This document shows positions 1 to 11,761 of a DNA stretch of 64,000 nt, in pieces. The notes under the pieces are model-generated. The model saw nothing but the letters and a program-made list of their open reading frames with translations. It ran no database searches and had not been told where the DNA came from. The stretch lies in assembly GCF_901765095.1 (NCBI RefSeq), contig NC_044037.1:104231279-104295278 (forward strand). The letters are read 5' to 3'. Origin of the DNA: Microcaecilia unicolor (lineage: Eukaryota). The position numbers and the translations under genes were made by a program. Position 1 is the first letter of the stretch. Every line of letters begins with the position of its first letter.

Positions 1-545
1 CCATGCTTATGCATTTGGTTTATAATTTTGTTCTTTATAATAGTCTCTATCGTTTTGCCTGGCACCGGTCTGTAATTTCCTGGATCACCTCTGTAACCCT
101 TTTTAAAAATTGTTGTTACATTGGCCACCCTCCAGTCTTCCGGTACCATGCTTGATTTTAAAGATAAATTACATATTACTAACAATAGTTCAGCAAGTTT
201 ATTTTTCAATTCTATCAGTACTCTGGGATGAATACCATCCAGTCCAGGTGATTTGCTACTCTTCAATTTGTCAATTTGCCCCATTACATCTTCCAGGTTT
301 ACAGAGATTTGATTCAGTTTCCCTGACTCGTCAGCATTGAATACCATTTCTGGCATTGGTATCTCTCCCACATCTTCCTTAGTGAAGACGGAAGCAAAGA
401 CTTCATTTAATCTCTCCATTATGGCCTTGACTTCCCTGAGTGCCCCTCTTGCCCCTCTGTCATCTAGCAGGCCAAACGATTCTTTTGCTGGCTTCTTGCT
501 TCTTCATTTTTTTTTGTATACTTTATTTACATCATCAGAACAGAA
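1..545 (-). mobile_element. CR1-clade LINE fragment (linker / RT N-terminal region), continues past window start
   Basis: Reverse-complement translation gives ...LDGIHPRVLIELKNKLAELLLVICNLSLKSSMVPEDWRVANV..IFKKGYRGDPGNYRPV, colinear with the CR1 ORF at 27755-28100; plus-strand ORFs here are antisense artifacts. Confidence 0.6.
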
Positions 546-547
546 CA

Positions 548-2480
548 CATTGGTTCAATGATGATCTATTACAAATTAAACATAAATGTAGGAGACAGGA
601 GAGAATTTGGGCTAAGGACAAATCCACTGAACAATGGATTGCTTGGGAAAAAACTTTTGAAAAGCTACAAAGGTATGATTGCCAAAGCGTAAACCTCCTA
701 TTATTCCAAATTCATTGGTGATAATCAACCCGAGGAAACTTTACTCATTAGTTAATAGTTTATTGGACACTCAACTAATAACCAATTCAATCGATCCCAC
801 ACCTATTGCTGACCTCTTTAGCTATTTTAAACAGAAATTAGCTAAAATCAGACTAGAACTTAACAAAACCCCTTCATCTGTAGACTATTTCCTCTATTTA
901 CATGATCCTTTACTTCCTCGTTCTCAAGCAGATAGAATCTGGTCCATTTTTCATCCAATCACTGCTAATCAGGATAATCATACATTACGCAAATACGCAA
1001 ATTCACATTGTCTGCTAGATACGTGCCCTACTTATCTCCTCAAGTCAGCTCCTGATTTATTCTTACATTATTTGCACTTGGATCTTACTTTGATGTTGTC
1101 TCAAGGTTTCTTTCCCTCTGATAATGGCAATATTATTTTGACTCCTATACCTAAAAATACCCAAACTAGCTAGCCTAAGTTTAGTTTCCAAATATAGACC
1201 AGTAGCCTCAATTCCTCTTCTTGTTAAAGTAATGGAAGGACTTGTCATGTGCCAACTTATGGCGTATCTCCAGCTTCATTCCATTTTGCATAGCTCACGA
1301 TCTGGTTTTAGGCCCTCTTACAGTACAGAAACTTTGCTTACTGCCTACAGTACAGAAATTGTGCTTACCTCCAGCTAACTTTAGGAGAGAATTAAGTCTT
1401 GGCAACAAAATATTGATACTTCAGTTTGATCTATCCAGTTCCTTTGATACTATTGATCATAATATTCTTTTAAATATTCTTGACTATTACAGAATCTGTG
1501 GAGTTGTCCTGAAATGTTTTTCTTACTTCTTAAGATCTAGGTCATATCAAGTCAAACAATTAGATGAATTTTCTTCCACTTGGTCTCCTGGCTGTGGGGT
1601 CCCTCACGGTTCCCCTCTTTTCCCCATCTTGTTTAACATTAAGATGATACCTCTTGGTCATCTTTTAGAAAAACATGGTCTTTCGACATACATGTATGCT
1701 GATGATGTTACTATTTATATCCCAGTCTCTAAGGAATTACTTGACATAACTCACATAATTAGTCTAGGGATAAAACTTATGGAATCACGGGCTTCTGATT
1801 TCAAACTAAAACTTTACATAGATAAAACTAAGTTTCTAATTATAACTAACCCTCACCATTCTATGAATCTTAGTAACTTTACTATTAAGATCAAAACCTA
1901 TTTCCTTGAGTCATCAATGAAAATCTTGGGAGTCACAATAGATCATTTCCTCACCATTGAAAACCAAGTCTCAAAGTTGACCTCGAGTGTCTTTCACTCA
2001 CTTTGGAAGCTAAAGAGATTGAGGCCATTTTTCTCTAAATCTGTCTTTCATACTTTGGTTCAACCCCTTGTCCTCACCAAATTCAACTATTGCAATTCCA
2101 TCTATGCTAGACTTAAAGATGGTCTTCTCAAAAAATTACAAACAGCTCAAAATACTGCTGCTTGTCTTATATGTAGATCGCTTCACCAAAGTCACATAAA
2201 ACAGAGAATGTGTCAACAGACACACTACCTGGTCTACCAGTTCTGCTCATTTGCACCGCCCTACTATGCTGTCCCAGGTCTTGACATGATCTGTAGTCTT
2301 TTTTTCTCCCTCCACCACTATGATCCCTTTGTGTATATCTCATGCATGATCCAAACACCTCTACTTCTTCTCATCTATTCAAACCTGCTATTTGGGAAAG
2401 TTGCTACCTTATTAAAATTAGAAAGGATCCTCTTCCCTTCTCACTGTCCTGCTCCTCAATAATGCTTTTTTTTCTGTGCG
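548..2480 (+). mobile_element. L2-clade LINE (family LINE-A) internal fragment, degenerate RT
   Basis: ORFs 679-1173 and 1242-2462 align with the full-length ORF2 at 32190-35477 (KCRRQERIWAKDK.. ~ KTQVRRLERAWNKK; ILLTPIPKNT ~ ILLTPIPKDT; LQFDLSSSFDTIDHNILL; YADDVTIYIP; KLQTAQNTAA); multiple stops. Confidence 0.65.
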
Positions 2481-2484
2481 GCCC

Positions 2485-2625
2485 CTTTTGGCCTAGATTT
2501 TATACATGGTGGCAAAAAAATCAGCGCCAAAAAAAACCCTATTCTATAAGCCATGCTTAAAGTTAGGCACAGTTTATAGAATAGCACTTATGCCTAGAAA
2601 TCATGTCTAACTTTAGGGTCAGAAA
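2485..2625 (+). mobile_element. MITE-B family 5' fragment
   Basis: ggcctagattttatacatgg...tattctataagc...ttaggcac...tttatagaatag matches the 5' ends of copies at 21290 and 56575. Confidence 0.4.
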
Positions 2626-2727
2626 CAGAAAAAAGCAACACTGGGCCTTCAGGATGGAGATAAATGTAGAATAAAAAGGACTACATTTATCTCCATCCTG
2701 AAGGCCCAGTGTTTCTTTTTTCTGTTT
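2622..2727. repeat. near-perfect hairpin (47-bp arms, 11-bp loop, 1 mismatch)
   Basis: aaacagaaaaaagcaacactgggccttcaggatggagataaatgtag / aataaaaagga / ctacatttatctccatcctgaaggcccagtgtttcttttttctgttt. Confidence 0.7.
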
Positions 2728-2989
2728 CTGTTTATGCTTGTATGCTGTTTTAACTTCTCTTGTGTAACTTTAGGGTCAGACAACCAAACAGCAGCAGCGA
2801 TCCAAGGAAGGACAAACAGCAGGAGTTTATCCAAATGTCAACTTTAATGAAAACAGGACCCAACCTGGCCAAGTTTCGGAAAACCTTCGTCAGGGGTCAC
2901 ATAGGTTTCCACAATACGTGTGGGGCACGTAATTTTTGGATGTGCGTGCTGGGGGCGGAAAGGACATGTTCTGCACTAGTCAGTTACTG

Positions 2990-3215
2990 CAGCTGCAATG
3001 CCACATGCTAATCAATTAGAGCATGATTAGCACATAAGTCCTTACCGCTTATAAAATAAATGGCTTACGCGCTAATGACCACACACTAATGGGAAAATTA
3101 GCACATGGCAGTTAATACCCCTGTGGTAAAAATGGTCTTAGCACTCAGGAATGACCACACAAGGATGCGCTAAGACCACTTTTTACCACAGTTTGGTAAA
3201 AGGGCCCTTAAATTA
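2990..3215 (+). mobile_element. MITE-A family 3' fragment
   Basis: ends ...ccactttttaccacagtttggtaaaagggccc, matching the 3' TIR of MITE-A copies (..cttagtaaaaggacccc). Confidence 0.35.
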
Positions 3216-3589
3216 CTTACCCTCTTTCTCCAATAGACTTGCATTGGCCCTTTTTTTAAGGGGGGGGGGGGGGCTTATTTCTCTAGACTTCCTAGTCTTA
3301 TTTGGCGCATTTTGAAACTTTATGTATCTTTTTACCAGGTTTTCCTACATGACAGGTTTCACCCCATTTTACTAAATTTTTGTTTTGTTATGTCCATATA
3401 AATGGATGGACAAACCTTTCTCGATCCCTTTTGTATAATCCTTTCCCGATTCCATTGAGTAGGAAACAATTATAAAAATGGCAAAAGCACTCCTGCTGCT
3501 GAAAATTTGCAAGGCTGATGGAATTCTTTCTGGCCTCTCTATATGTGAGTGTGTGCCTGTGTATCCCTTTTGTGTGTTCTGTGTATGGT

Positions 3590-4085
3590 CTGCACGTGTT
3601 GTGTCTGTGGGAGGGAACTGGAAGTAATGAGGGGTTTCCTTATAGGGAGTGGGCACAATTTGCAGGGTTGCTCTTGGGAGTAAGGCCAGTGTGCAGAGTG
3701 ATGGGACAGAATCAGGGGGTAATATTTGGAGGTGGGTCAGTTTGTAGTGTGAAGGGACAATTGTGGGGGTAGTTTTTAGAGACTGATGTTTGCATGGTTG
3801 TGGGGTCATTGCATGGGGTAGGTTTTGGAGGCAGAGTCAGTTTGAAAGGTAGTGGGGCAATTGGGGTATTTTGGGGGATAATGGCAGTATGTGGGGTGAT
3901 GGGGCAGTTGCAGGAGCACAGAGTTTGGGGTGATACAATTTACTGGATAGTGAGATAGGTATTTTAGGGGGTGGCAGTTTGCAGGGGTAAACTTTGAGAG
4001 GTGGGGCAGTTTACAGGATGGTGGGCTATTGAATTGGGTAGCTTATTGGGGGGTTGTGGGATGATGGGACAGTTGAGGAGACACT
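3590..4085. repeat. G-rich minisatellite, ~38-bp unit (ggggcagtttgcaggggtagttttggagg-like)
   Basis: about 13 imperfect tandem units; same repeat family recurs at 50830-51175. Confidence 0.6.
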
Positions 4086-4189
4086 ACAGGAAATTCCTCT
4101 GCCCTGGCCACCCTCTCTTGCTTGTCCTCAGTCACCTAGATTACTTTAACACTCTCTATATAGGCCTTAGGTCTTAGATAACAGTTAAC

Positions 4190-4560
4190 AGTTTATTCAA
4201 AATACAGCCATAAAAATCATTACCGGTCACAGGAAATTTGACCATGTTACCCCACTCCTCAGACCTGCCCACTGGCTACCCCTATCTCATCGTATAACCG
4301 TTAAAGTACTGCTCTTAGTCTACATGATCCGGGCCTCTGGTGAACCCCTATTTCTCTTGGAATTCTTGACTAGTACTTGTCCCTCCAGATCGCTTAGATC
4401 CTCACAACAGAATCTTCTCATTGTTCTTCCCTTTCACACTCTGAGTCATGCTACCATTCAGTGCTCTATTTTTTCAGTTCAGGGTCCAAAACTTTAGAAT
4501 AATCTGTCCCATCACCTTAGACTATGCTCCTGCAATTTAAATCTGAGCTAAAGACTTTTC
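4190..4560 (+). mobile_element. L2-clade LINE 3' (ORF2 C-terminal) fragment, diverged
   Basis: one frame reads ..PLLRPAHWLPLSHRITVKVLLLVYMIRASGEPLFLLEFL..SRSLRSSQQNLLIVLP..IFSVQGPKLWNNLSHHLRL, the HWLP..RI.FK C-terminal motif of the ORF at 35100-35470. Confidence 0.45.
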
Positions 4561-4739
4561 TTTTCTCTGAAGCCTATGGCTAACCTCAATCATAGGAGCC
4601 AACTTTTCAAAATGATTGGGGGTGCTAAATTTTTTTTAAGAGGTGGTGCATTCCCTCACCCCCTCCCTCCCCTCCAAGTTCCAGGCCCCCCCTCTCCTCC
4701 GAATGCCAGTCCCAACCCCAGCCTGACCTCTTCTCCCAC

Positions 4740-5045
4740 AACAGTCCTCGGTCGGTCCGTCCTCGCCTTCCTGCATGCCGCCCAGAATTTTAAAACTCAT
4801 CTTACCTTGGGGTCCTGGCGGCAGCATTGAAAGGCGAGCAGGCTCGGTGCTTCAGCCTTCCCTTCTCTCTCAGCTCTGGTCACGCCCTTACGGAAACAGA
4901 AAATGAGAGCAGGACCAGAGCTGAGAGAGAAGGGAAGGCTGAAGGGCCGAGCCTGCTCGCCTTTCAATGCTGCTGCCGGGACCCGAGGTAAGATGAGTTT
5001 TAAAATTCTGGGTGGCACGCAGGAAGGCGAGGACGGACCGGCGGA
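4740..5045. repeat. large inverted repeat / foldback (arms ~130 bp, loop ~40 bp)
   Basis: 4745-4860 (..ggtcggtccgtcctcgccttcctgcatgccgcccagaattttaaaactcatcttacc..gcattgaaaggcgagcaggctcggtgcttcagccttcccttctctctcagctctggtc) is reverse-complemented at 4900-5040. Confidence 0.65.
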
Positions 5046-5189
5046 GAACTGAGGGAGAAAAGGGCGGGCACCGGGCAGGGTGGCTGGCTGGGAAGGAAAC
5101 TTCCGACTTCCGGTGGGTGCAGAGCTGGTCCTAGGGTTTCTGGCGCCCTCCTGGAGCCTATTAGTCAGCGCCCCTACACATCCAGGGGT

Positions 5190-5800
5190 GGGATCACTAT
5201 GGCTCAGCCCCTACAGTAGTCACACCCCTTTTACCAGCCATGGCGTCATTGAAAATATTACACCAGTATAGAAGAAAAATAACTTGTGGGGGTTTTTTGT
5301 ATTCTAAATGACACAAACCAAATTGGCATACATAGACCATGAATTATGAGAACAGACAGTCTTGCCAACTCTGAAAAACAATGTGTTAGCAAAATCTCAG
5401 AATCTAACAAACAGATCCCTATTCAGACACTTGGCCTTGCAGTCACACATGCAGAACAGAGATAGCCCCTCTTCACATTCTTCAAAAATTAACCTGAAAT
5501 CCTAAGACGTTAGACCCTGCATGCAGCACAATACCAAACAGAAAGAAACACATTGCTATACATTGCAAAATAAGACAACAGATGTAGCAGATGTAAATTC
5601 TCAAAGTGGACATATTCCAAACACTAAAATGAAAATAAAATGATTTTTTTCTACCTTTGTTGTCTAGTGACTTTGCTTTTCTGATCATGCTGGCCCAGTA
5701 TCTGATTCTGCTGCTATCTGTCCTCTTAACTCCGTTTCCTGGGCTTCCTTTCCATTTATTTCTTTACTTTCCTCCTTTCTTCTTCATTTCTTGCTCTATA
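5190..5800 (+). mobile_element. unclassified ~600-bp interspersed repeat (R600), copy A
   Basis: colinear with 29790-30186 (..tagtcacacc..ccagccatggcg..cattgaaaatatta..gatgtaaattctcaaagtggacatattccaaacactaaaatgaaaataaaatgattttt..cttcatttcttg); second copy lacks ~200 bp. Confidence 0.55.
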
Positions 5801-5865
5801 TCCGTAAGTAAAAGCTGGGTCCTCCGCAGACTTGACTGTCCAGTGGATCCAGCTTCTGCCTATTT

Positions 5866-6432
5866 ACTCCATCCATGTGCAGTTTTTCTCCTCTCTTCCT
5901 TTTCCCTCATCTCATCTCCTTCCTCTCTCTTCCCTCCCCTCCATCCATGTCCAGCATTTCTTCTCTCTCCCCTCTATCCATGTACATCTCGTTCCTGTCT
6001 TCCCTTCCCTCCCCTCCATCCATGTCCAACAATTCTCTCCCTGCCCTCCCTTCCATCCGCCCATGCCCAGCAACCCTCCTCTCCCATGCCCTCCATCCAC
6101 CCATGTCCAGCAACTTCGCTGCCCTCCATCCATATCCAGTAATTCTCCTCTCTCCCTTGCTGCCCCCTCCATCTATCCAGATCAAGCAATTCTCCTTCCT
6201 CCCCTGCCCTCCCATCCATGTCCATCGATGCTCCTCTCTCCCCTGCCCCCCTCCATCCATCCATATCAAGCAATTCTCCTTCCTCCCCGCCCCTCCATGT
6301 CCAGCAATTTCTCCTCTCTCCCTGGGCCCTGCCCTCCCATGATCCATGTCCATCGATGCTCCTCTCTCCCCACCTCCATCCATCCATATCAAGCCATTTC
6401 CCTCCTCTCTCCCTGGGCCCTGCCCTCCCATG
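5866..6432. repeat. CT-rich minisatellite, ~40-bp unit (ccatccatgtccagcaattctcctctctcccctgccctc-like), ~14 units
   Basis: direct tandem repetition visible; many spurious ORFs in all frames. Confidence 0.75.
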
Positions 6433-6454
6433 AACACACTTTTCACACCCATAA

Positions 6455-7505
6455 CCATAATTTATTTATTTATTTATTTATTTATTGTATTTGTACCCCA
6501 CATTTTCCCACCTTTTTGCAGGCTCAATGTGGTTTACAGAGTATGGAAATGAAAACGTCATTACATGATTTGAAGACAGAAAAAAAAAGACAGTCAATCA
6601 TAGGCTGAGGTGAAAGAGGAATTCAGATGGAAAGGTGTTAGGTAAGGTCGTGTGAAAGGTGTCTTAGGTGTACTTGGGTAGTTTAAGGAATGATTTGTTT
6701 CATTGAGGGTGACTTTTATAGGCTCTGTTGAAGAGATGTGTTTTCAGGGCTTTGCGAAAGCTTGTTAGATTGGTTATGGTTTTCAGCGCCATGGGTAGTG
6801 CGTTCCAGGACTGTGTGCTTTTGTACGCAAAGGTAGTAGCATAAGCCTGTTTGTATTTCATTCCTTTACAGCTGGGGAAGTTCAGGTTGAGGAATTTGCG
6901 GGCCGATCTTTTGGCATTCCTGGGCGGTAAATCCACTAGGTTTAGCATATAGAGTGGGGCATCTGCATGAATGATTTTGTGTACAGTCGTGCAGATCTTG
7001 AACTCAATTCGTTCCTTGAGCGGGAGCCAGTGTAGTTTCTCTCTGAGGGGTTTCGCACTTTCATATTTAGGTGTTCCAAAAATGAGTCTGGCTGCGGTGT
7101 TCTGGGCTGTCTGGAGTTTTTTGATGGTCTGTTCTTTGCAGCCTGCGTATAGAGCATTACAGTAGTCCAAGTGGCTTATTACCAGTGACTGTATTAGGGT
7201 GCGGAAGATGTTTCTTGGGAAGAAAGGTTTTATTCTTTTGAGTTTCCACATCGATTGGAACATTTTTTTCGTAGTGTTCTTCGCATGGGTGTCGAGAGTG
7301 AGTTTTCGGTCAATGGTGACTCCAAGGATTTTCAGATTTTTTGAGATAGGAAGTGTGCAGTAGGGTGTAGTTATTGTAGGGTAGTTGTTTGTATTGTATT
7401 GGGAGGTGAGAACTAGACATTGAGTTTTTTCTGCGTTGAGTTTTAGCTTGAATGAGTCCGCCCAAGAGTGCATAGTCTGGAAGCTCTGGTTGATCTCGTA
7501 ATTGT
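6455..7505 (-). mobile_element. LINE-A (L2-clade) 5'-truncated copy: ORF2 C-terminus + 3' UTR + (AAAT)n tail
   Basis: ORF 6700-7473 (-) MHSWADSFKLKLNAEKTQCLVLTSQ.. is colinear with 34690-35477 to the stop; reverse complement of 6459-6545 is the LINE-A tail tgtaaaccacattgagcctgcaaaaaggtgggaaaatgtggggtacaaatacaataaataaat. Confidence 0.8.
6700..7473 (-). pseudogene. truncated LINE-A ORF2 C-terminal region (257 aa open)
   Basis: open frame homologous to the last ~260 aa of the 1095-aa ORF2. Confidence 0.75.
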
Positions 7506-7785
7506 TCTAAAAATTATTCTGATGGTCCTATCTCCACCAATAACCGGTTGCATACTGCAATCTCTGTTCTAACAAAGGCCAAAACTGAATTAGCTTCGAC
7601 AGTGGAATTCTGAGTTACTGTTATTTTAGCAGGTTGTCAGTCACGGGTCTTACTTGCTCTCTGGTCTTTATCCTCCTCTCAACAGCCATTTCCTTATTGT
7701 CCTTCCCCTCCATCGATCAATGCTAGTTTTCTCTCCCCTACCCTCCCGCTCCCATGTTCACCTGCCCGCCCTCTTCTATTTAAAT

Positions 7786-7930
7786 TTACCTCCGTCGCAG
7801 CGTCAGTGAAAGCACTGGCCGCCCGCTAGCAGCCTTCCCTTCGCTTCGCTCGGCAGTGTCCCGCCTTCTTCTGACATCATTTCTGCGACAGTGCTTTCAC
7901 TGATGCTGCGACGGAGGTAAATTTAAATAG
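7786..7930. repeat. foldback: 42-bp inverted repeats separated by ~55 bp
   Basis: ctatttaaatttacctccgtcgcagcgtcagtgaaagcactg ... cagtgctttcactgatgctgcgacggaggtaaatttaaatag. Confidence 0.55.
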
Positions 7931-8439
7931 ACGCTCAGCTGCAGCCTGCGACATCGGAGGGTAAGCGATGGCGGTGCCCTTCAGAAGTCGGCGCCCCCCG
8001 CCCCTGCCAGTGCCTGAGCGGCTGAAAATATTGGGGGTGCTTGAGCACCCACAGCACCCATGGAGTCAGCGCCTATGACCTCAATCCCACTTCGGGTTTC
8101 ACTGTTGGCCAGCCTGAACTATACAGTTCCTTTCCTCTTGTGCTCTCTTCCCCCCCCCCCCTTTCCTGTCATTTATTATAGTTCATTCCCTCCTCTTCTC
8201 CTGTTCTTGTTCAATGTACTATGTCAAAGTACTTAAGTAAAAGTAAAAATTAATGTATATTTTAATACTTTAGTAAAAGTAAAAGAGCAATGAAGATCAC
8301 AAAAAATTAACTTAAGTAAAAAAGTTACTGCCTAATATAATGCTTTTTGAGTAAAAATAAAAAGTACCGTAACTAACATTTTTATCTCAAGCTGCAAAGG
8401 ACTCAAATACAAATCAACTTACGCATACAGTTTTTCCTA

Positions 8440-8795
8440 TATTAGCACACAACTATGGAACACATTACCAAAAAACTTGAAAACCATATACGACCATCTA
8501 CACTTCAGAAAGACACTTAAGACCCACCTGTTTAAAAAGGCATACCCTGCACATCCAACATAACTACCTGAGCTCAGCGACACAACAACGCCAAAGTTCG
8601 TAATGGCCATCACCGAACCCCACCGTCGAACGTTTCCTCTATGTGGTCCTACCACATGAACCTTACCCTATCAAAGCTTCACCTTTGTATTTGTATACAT
8701 CGGAATCTTCAACTGCTCTCCGGCACTATGTAAGCCACATTGAACCTGCAAAGAGGTGGGAAAATGTGGGGTACAAATGTAACAAATAAATAAAT
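8440..8795 (+). mobile_element. LINE-A 3'-end fragment (C-terminal codons + tail), inserted inside the hAT remnant
   Basis: LWNTLPKNLKTIYDHLHFRKTLKTHLFKKAYP then ..ctatgtaagccacattgaacctgcaaagaggtgggaaaatgtggggtacaaatgtaacaaataaataaat. Confidence 0.6.
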
Positions 8796-8849
8796 CCCAA
8801 CAATTTTATTGCTCTACAATTCAATCTACTCCATTTTTGAAAGTGACTG

Positions 8850-8940
8850 TCACTCATATTTTTATTTATTTATTTTATTTGTAGCATTTGTATCCCACAT
8901 TTTCCCACCAATTTGCATGCTCAATGTGGCTTACATTTGC
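8850..8940 (-). mobile_element. LINE-A tail fragment
   Basis: reverse complement of tttgtatcccacattttcccaccaatttgcatgctcaatgtggcttaca. Confidence 0.5.
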
Positions 8941-9010
8941 CGTAATGGCGGTTGCCATTCTGGGTAACAGAATTACAAATGGTATTGCATTAAGGTGCAT
9001 GCATACATGG

Positions 9011-9133
<123 letters not shown>

Positions 9134-10119
9134 CATGTGTGTACATACATAGTAAGAATAAATTATGGTTTTGCATGAAGGTTCCTGAGTAATAAATTGG
9201 ATTGTAACATACATTAGGTCATCGACTATAGAGAGTGCGCTTGTGAGTCTTTAATCCACCACAGCTAAAAAGGTGTTCAACAACTGCACTATCAGGAAGT
9301 GGATTGTTCAGTCTGATGAAAAATTCCTTCAAACCAGGCCAGGCCGCAGTATTACTGATGCCTTTTAACTGGGTGTGCAGGTATTGATCAAGGGAGTCTG
9401 TCTGAAACACTTGACTTCCTTATAGCAAAGAACGTTTTAACATCATCATTGTCATTATCATTAGTAGTGGTTCTAATTCATGCCTTGCATCTTCATCTTT
9501 GTTATCATTGTCATGCTGGCCATTTACAGAGAAGGCTTTCAGAAAGTTGAAATCATTGTCTGTTGTTGACCTAATTATTTTTCGGCTGATGGCAAACTCT
9601 TGAATGTCTTCAAGAACTGATGCAAGAATGTCATATGTATGGAAACTCTTCAGTCTTAAGGCCAGACAAGCAGACTATCAATCCAGTGGACAGTCACGCC
9701 AATGTAAAGTTTTCCATGGGATGTCCAGCAGTCTGTTGTGATAGAGACATATGGCTGTTCACCAAAAATTGCAACCAGCTTCAGCTTCATCTCTGCTTCA
9801 AAGTGACCAAATTCATCACTGTTCTGTTTGGCTGGAGACTAGTTAGTTCAACAAGCACAGGCAACTCTACTATTCTCATAGGCTGTATTCCCTGAACACC
9901 AAAATTTAAGATGAGATGATCCACTGTTTGTGTGATGAGGTTTGCAACTGCAAAATCCTGTTCTAGGTTTACTGAGGAATCATCATTTAGGTCTCTCTGC
10001 CACTTTTACTTTTAACTGCAAGCATCAGAAGTAATTAGGTAAAAGTAGTAAAAATTGGTAAAATTATTACTTCAGTAAAAGTAACAAATCTTTCCTGTAC
10101 TTCTTTACAAGTAAAAGTA

Positions 10120-10270
10120 ACAGAACTTTTACTTAAGTACAGTAACTATTACTATACAACACTGCCTTCCTGTCTCCCCTCCACTTACGTGTATGTCCAT
10201 TCTCCCTCCCTCTTTATATTTGATTGTAAGCCACCTAGATATTAATTTGATGAGTGGGATATAAACCCTG
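10120..10270 (+). mobile_element. diverged LINE-tail-like fragment
   Basis: gattgtaagccacctagatattaatttgatgagtgggatataaaccctgaataaa resembles tgtaagccacattgagcctgc..ggtgggaaaatgtgggatacaaatgtaacaaataaa. Confidence 0.3.
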
Positions 10271-10589
10271 AATAAACTTGGAACCCTTAGAGACACTGCA
10301 GAGGGAACCAGAGCCTGGCAGAGGTGAGAGGAGAAGAGCAAAGAAAAGGTGAGAGGGAGTTTGCTGACTGTGAGAACCACAGAGAATCAGGGCAAAGAGA
10401 ATCCAGCCAAGAGGTTGAGTGGGAGAGAGAGAAAGTTCAACCAAGACACCTGCAGGGAAGCAGAGATACAACCCTGAGTGCTCACTGAAAAACTGCCCAG
10501 AACAGAACAGCTGGTTGTGAGAGACACTGTTGAGACAGCAGATTCTAATGAGACTAGAGGGCATGACTGTAAATTTAGAAAAACTGTGG

Positions 10590-10700
10590 ATAGAACCGCT
10601 ACTTAGAGCCTGCTATAGGACACTAAGAAAGCAAATAGAATGTTAGGTATTATTAAGAAAGGAATGGAAAACAAAAATGAGGACGTTATAATGCCTTTGT
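10590..10700 (+). mobile_element. CR1 ORF C-terminal fragment
   Basis: KANRMLGIIKKGMENKNEDVIMPLYRT (compare KANRMLGIIRKGIENRCEDVIMPLYHS at 28790). Confidence 0.5.
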
Positions 10701-11135
10701 ATCGCACATGCCTATGGAGCCTGCTCAAGGAGCAGGACCCGCACCATAGTGTGCTCTTTTTGTATGACTACTATATCGGCGCTGTGCCATACCCATTCTC
10801 TCCTCTTGTTACCTCTCCTCCCACTGATGTCCCCTTGTTTTTCAATCCTGGTGCACTGAGGCCACCAGCCTGCTCACCCTACTCTGGCCACCACAGACAA
10901 GGTAAGATATCTTTACCCCATACATGCTTCCAACTCCAGCTCTCACACACCACTGTTTCATGTTCCCACCTACAACTAGTCCTTCTCAATGCCCATTCTA
11001 TGAGGGGGAAACACTTTCTTGTGCGGGATCTGATCGTTCAATATTCTATAGATATTCTGTATATTACAGAGACCTGGCTGACCAACAGTGATCTCTCATA
11101 CTTGATAGAAGCAGGTCCTCTGTGATACTCATATC
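10700..11135 (+). mobile_element. L2/RTE-like LINE 5' fragment (start of endonuclease domain)
   Basis: LLNAHSMRGKHFLVRDLIVQYSIDILYITETWL (compare VNARSAVSNSIDILDWITTDKLDLLFITETW at 32620); truncated at ~11135 where the L1 3' end begins. Confidence 0.4.
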
Positions 11136-11761
11136 TTTATACCAATAGAAGTTATACAAAAGGGGGAAGACTGGCCCTCCTAAATCCTTCTACCCTACCT
11201 ATTTGTCCAGCTACCCCTTTTGTGCCCCACCCCATCAAATTCCTACTTTTTAGACCAGTCACATCCCTCCATTAGATTTCCTCCTTATCTATCACCTTTT
11301 GCCATTCACCACCCAATCCTATCAACTTCTCCAAACAACTATTAGTGACCACTGTTTACATTTCTAGAGTCCAATTGTATTCGACAAGCTCAACCTACAT
11401 CTTAGACAACCTTAAAGCCCCTTTCAATGAAGACGTTCAGCACTTTCTTTATGTTTAAATCTATTTTTATTGGATGGCAGTCATAATCAACATCACATTT
11501 TACACAATTCTTCCATATATACTTAAACCCAAGTATTTGACAAAACTTTCATCATATGATTATACATATTATGGGCGAATGCTATCGCCTTGTCTCTTAA
11601 ACTTTTAGTAACAAGAACATCTGTATTGACAGCTTTCACTATACATCTGAATTTGGTTATCTTTCATCCTTTTGAAAACTTTTATCTCCCCTCTCCCTCC
11701 CATTCTAACTCCCCTCTCCCCCCCCCCCCCCCCCCGTCCCTTTTAAGTCATAGCAGTTTAG

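Noticed and set aside
5832-6608. ORFs of 155-258 aa in several frames on both strands
   Set aside because: They lie entirely within the CT-rich 40-bp minisatellite. The translations are low-complexity, proline/serine/leucine-rich repeat artifacts.
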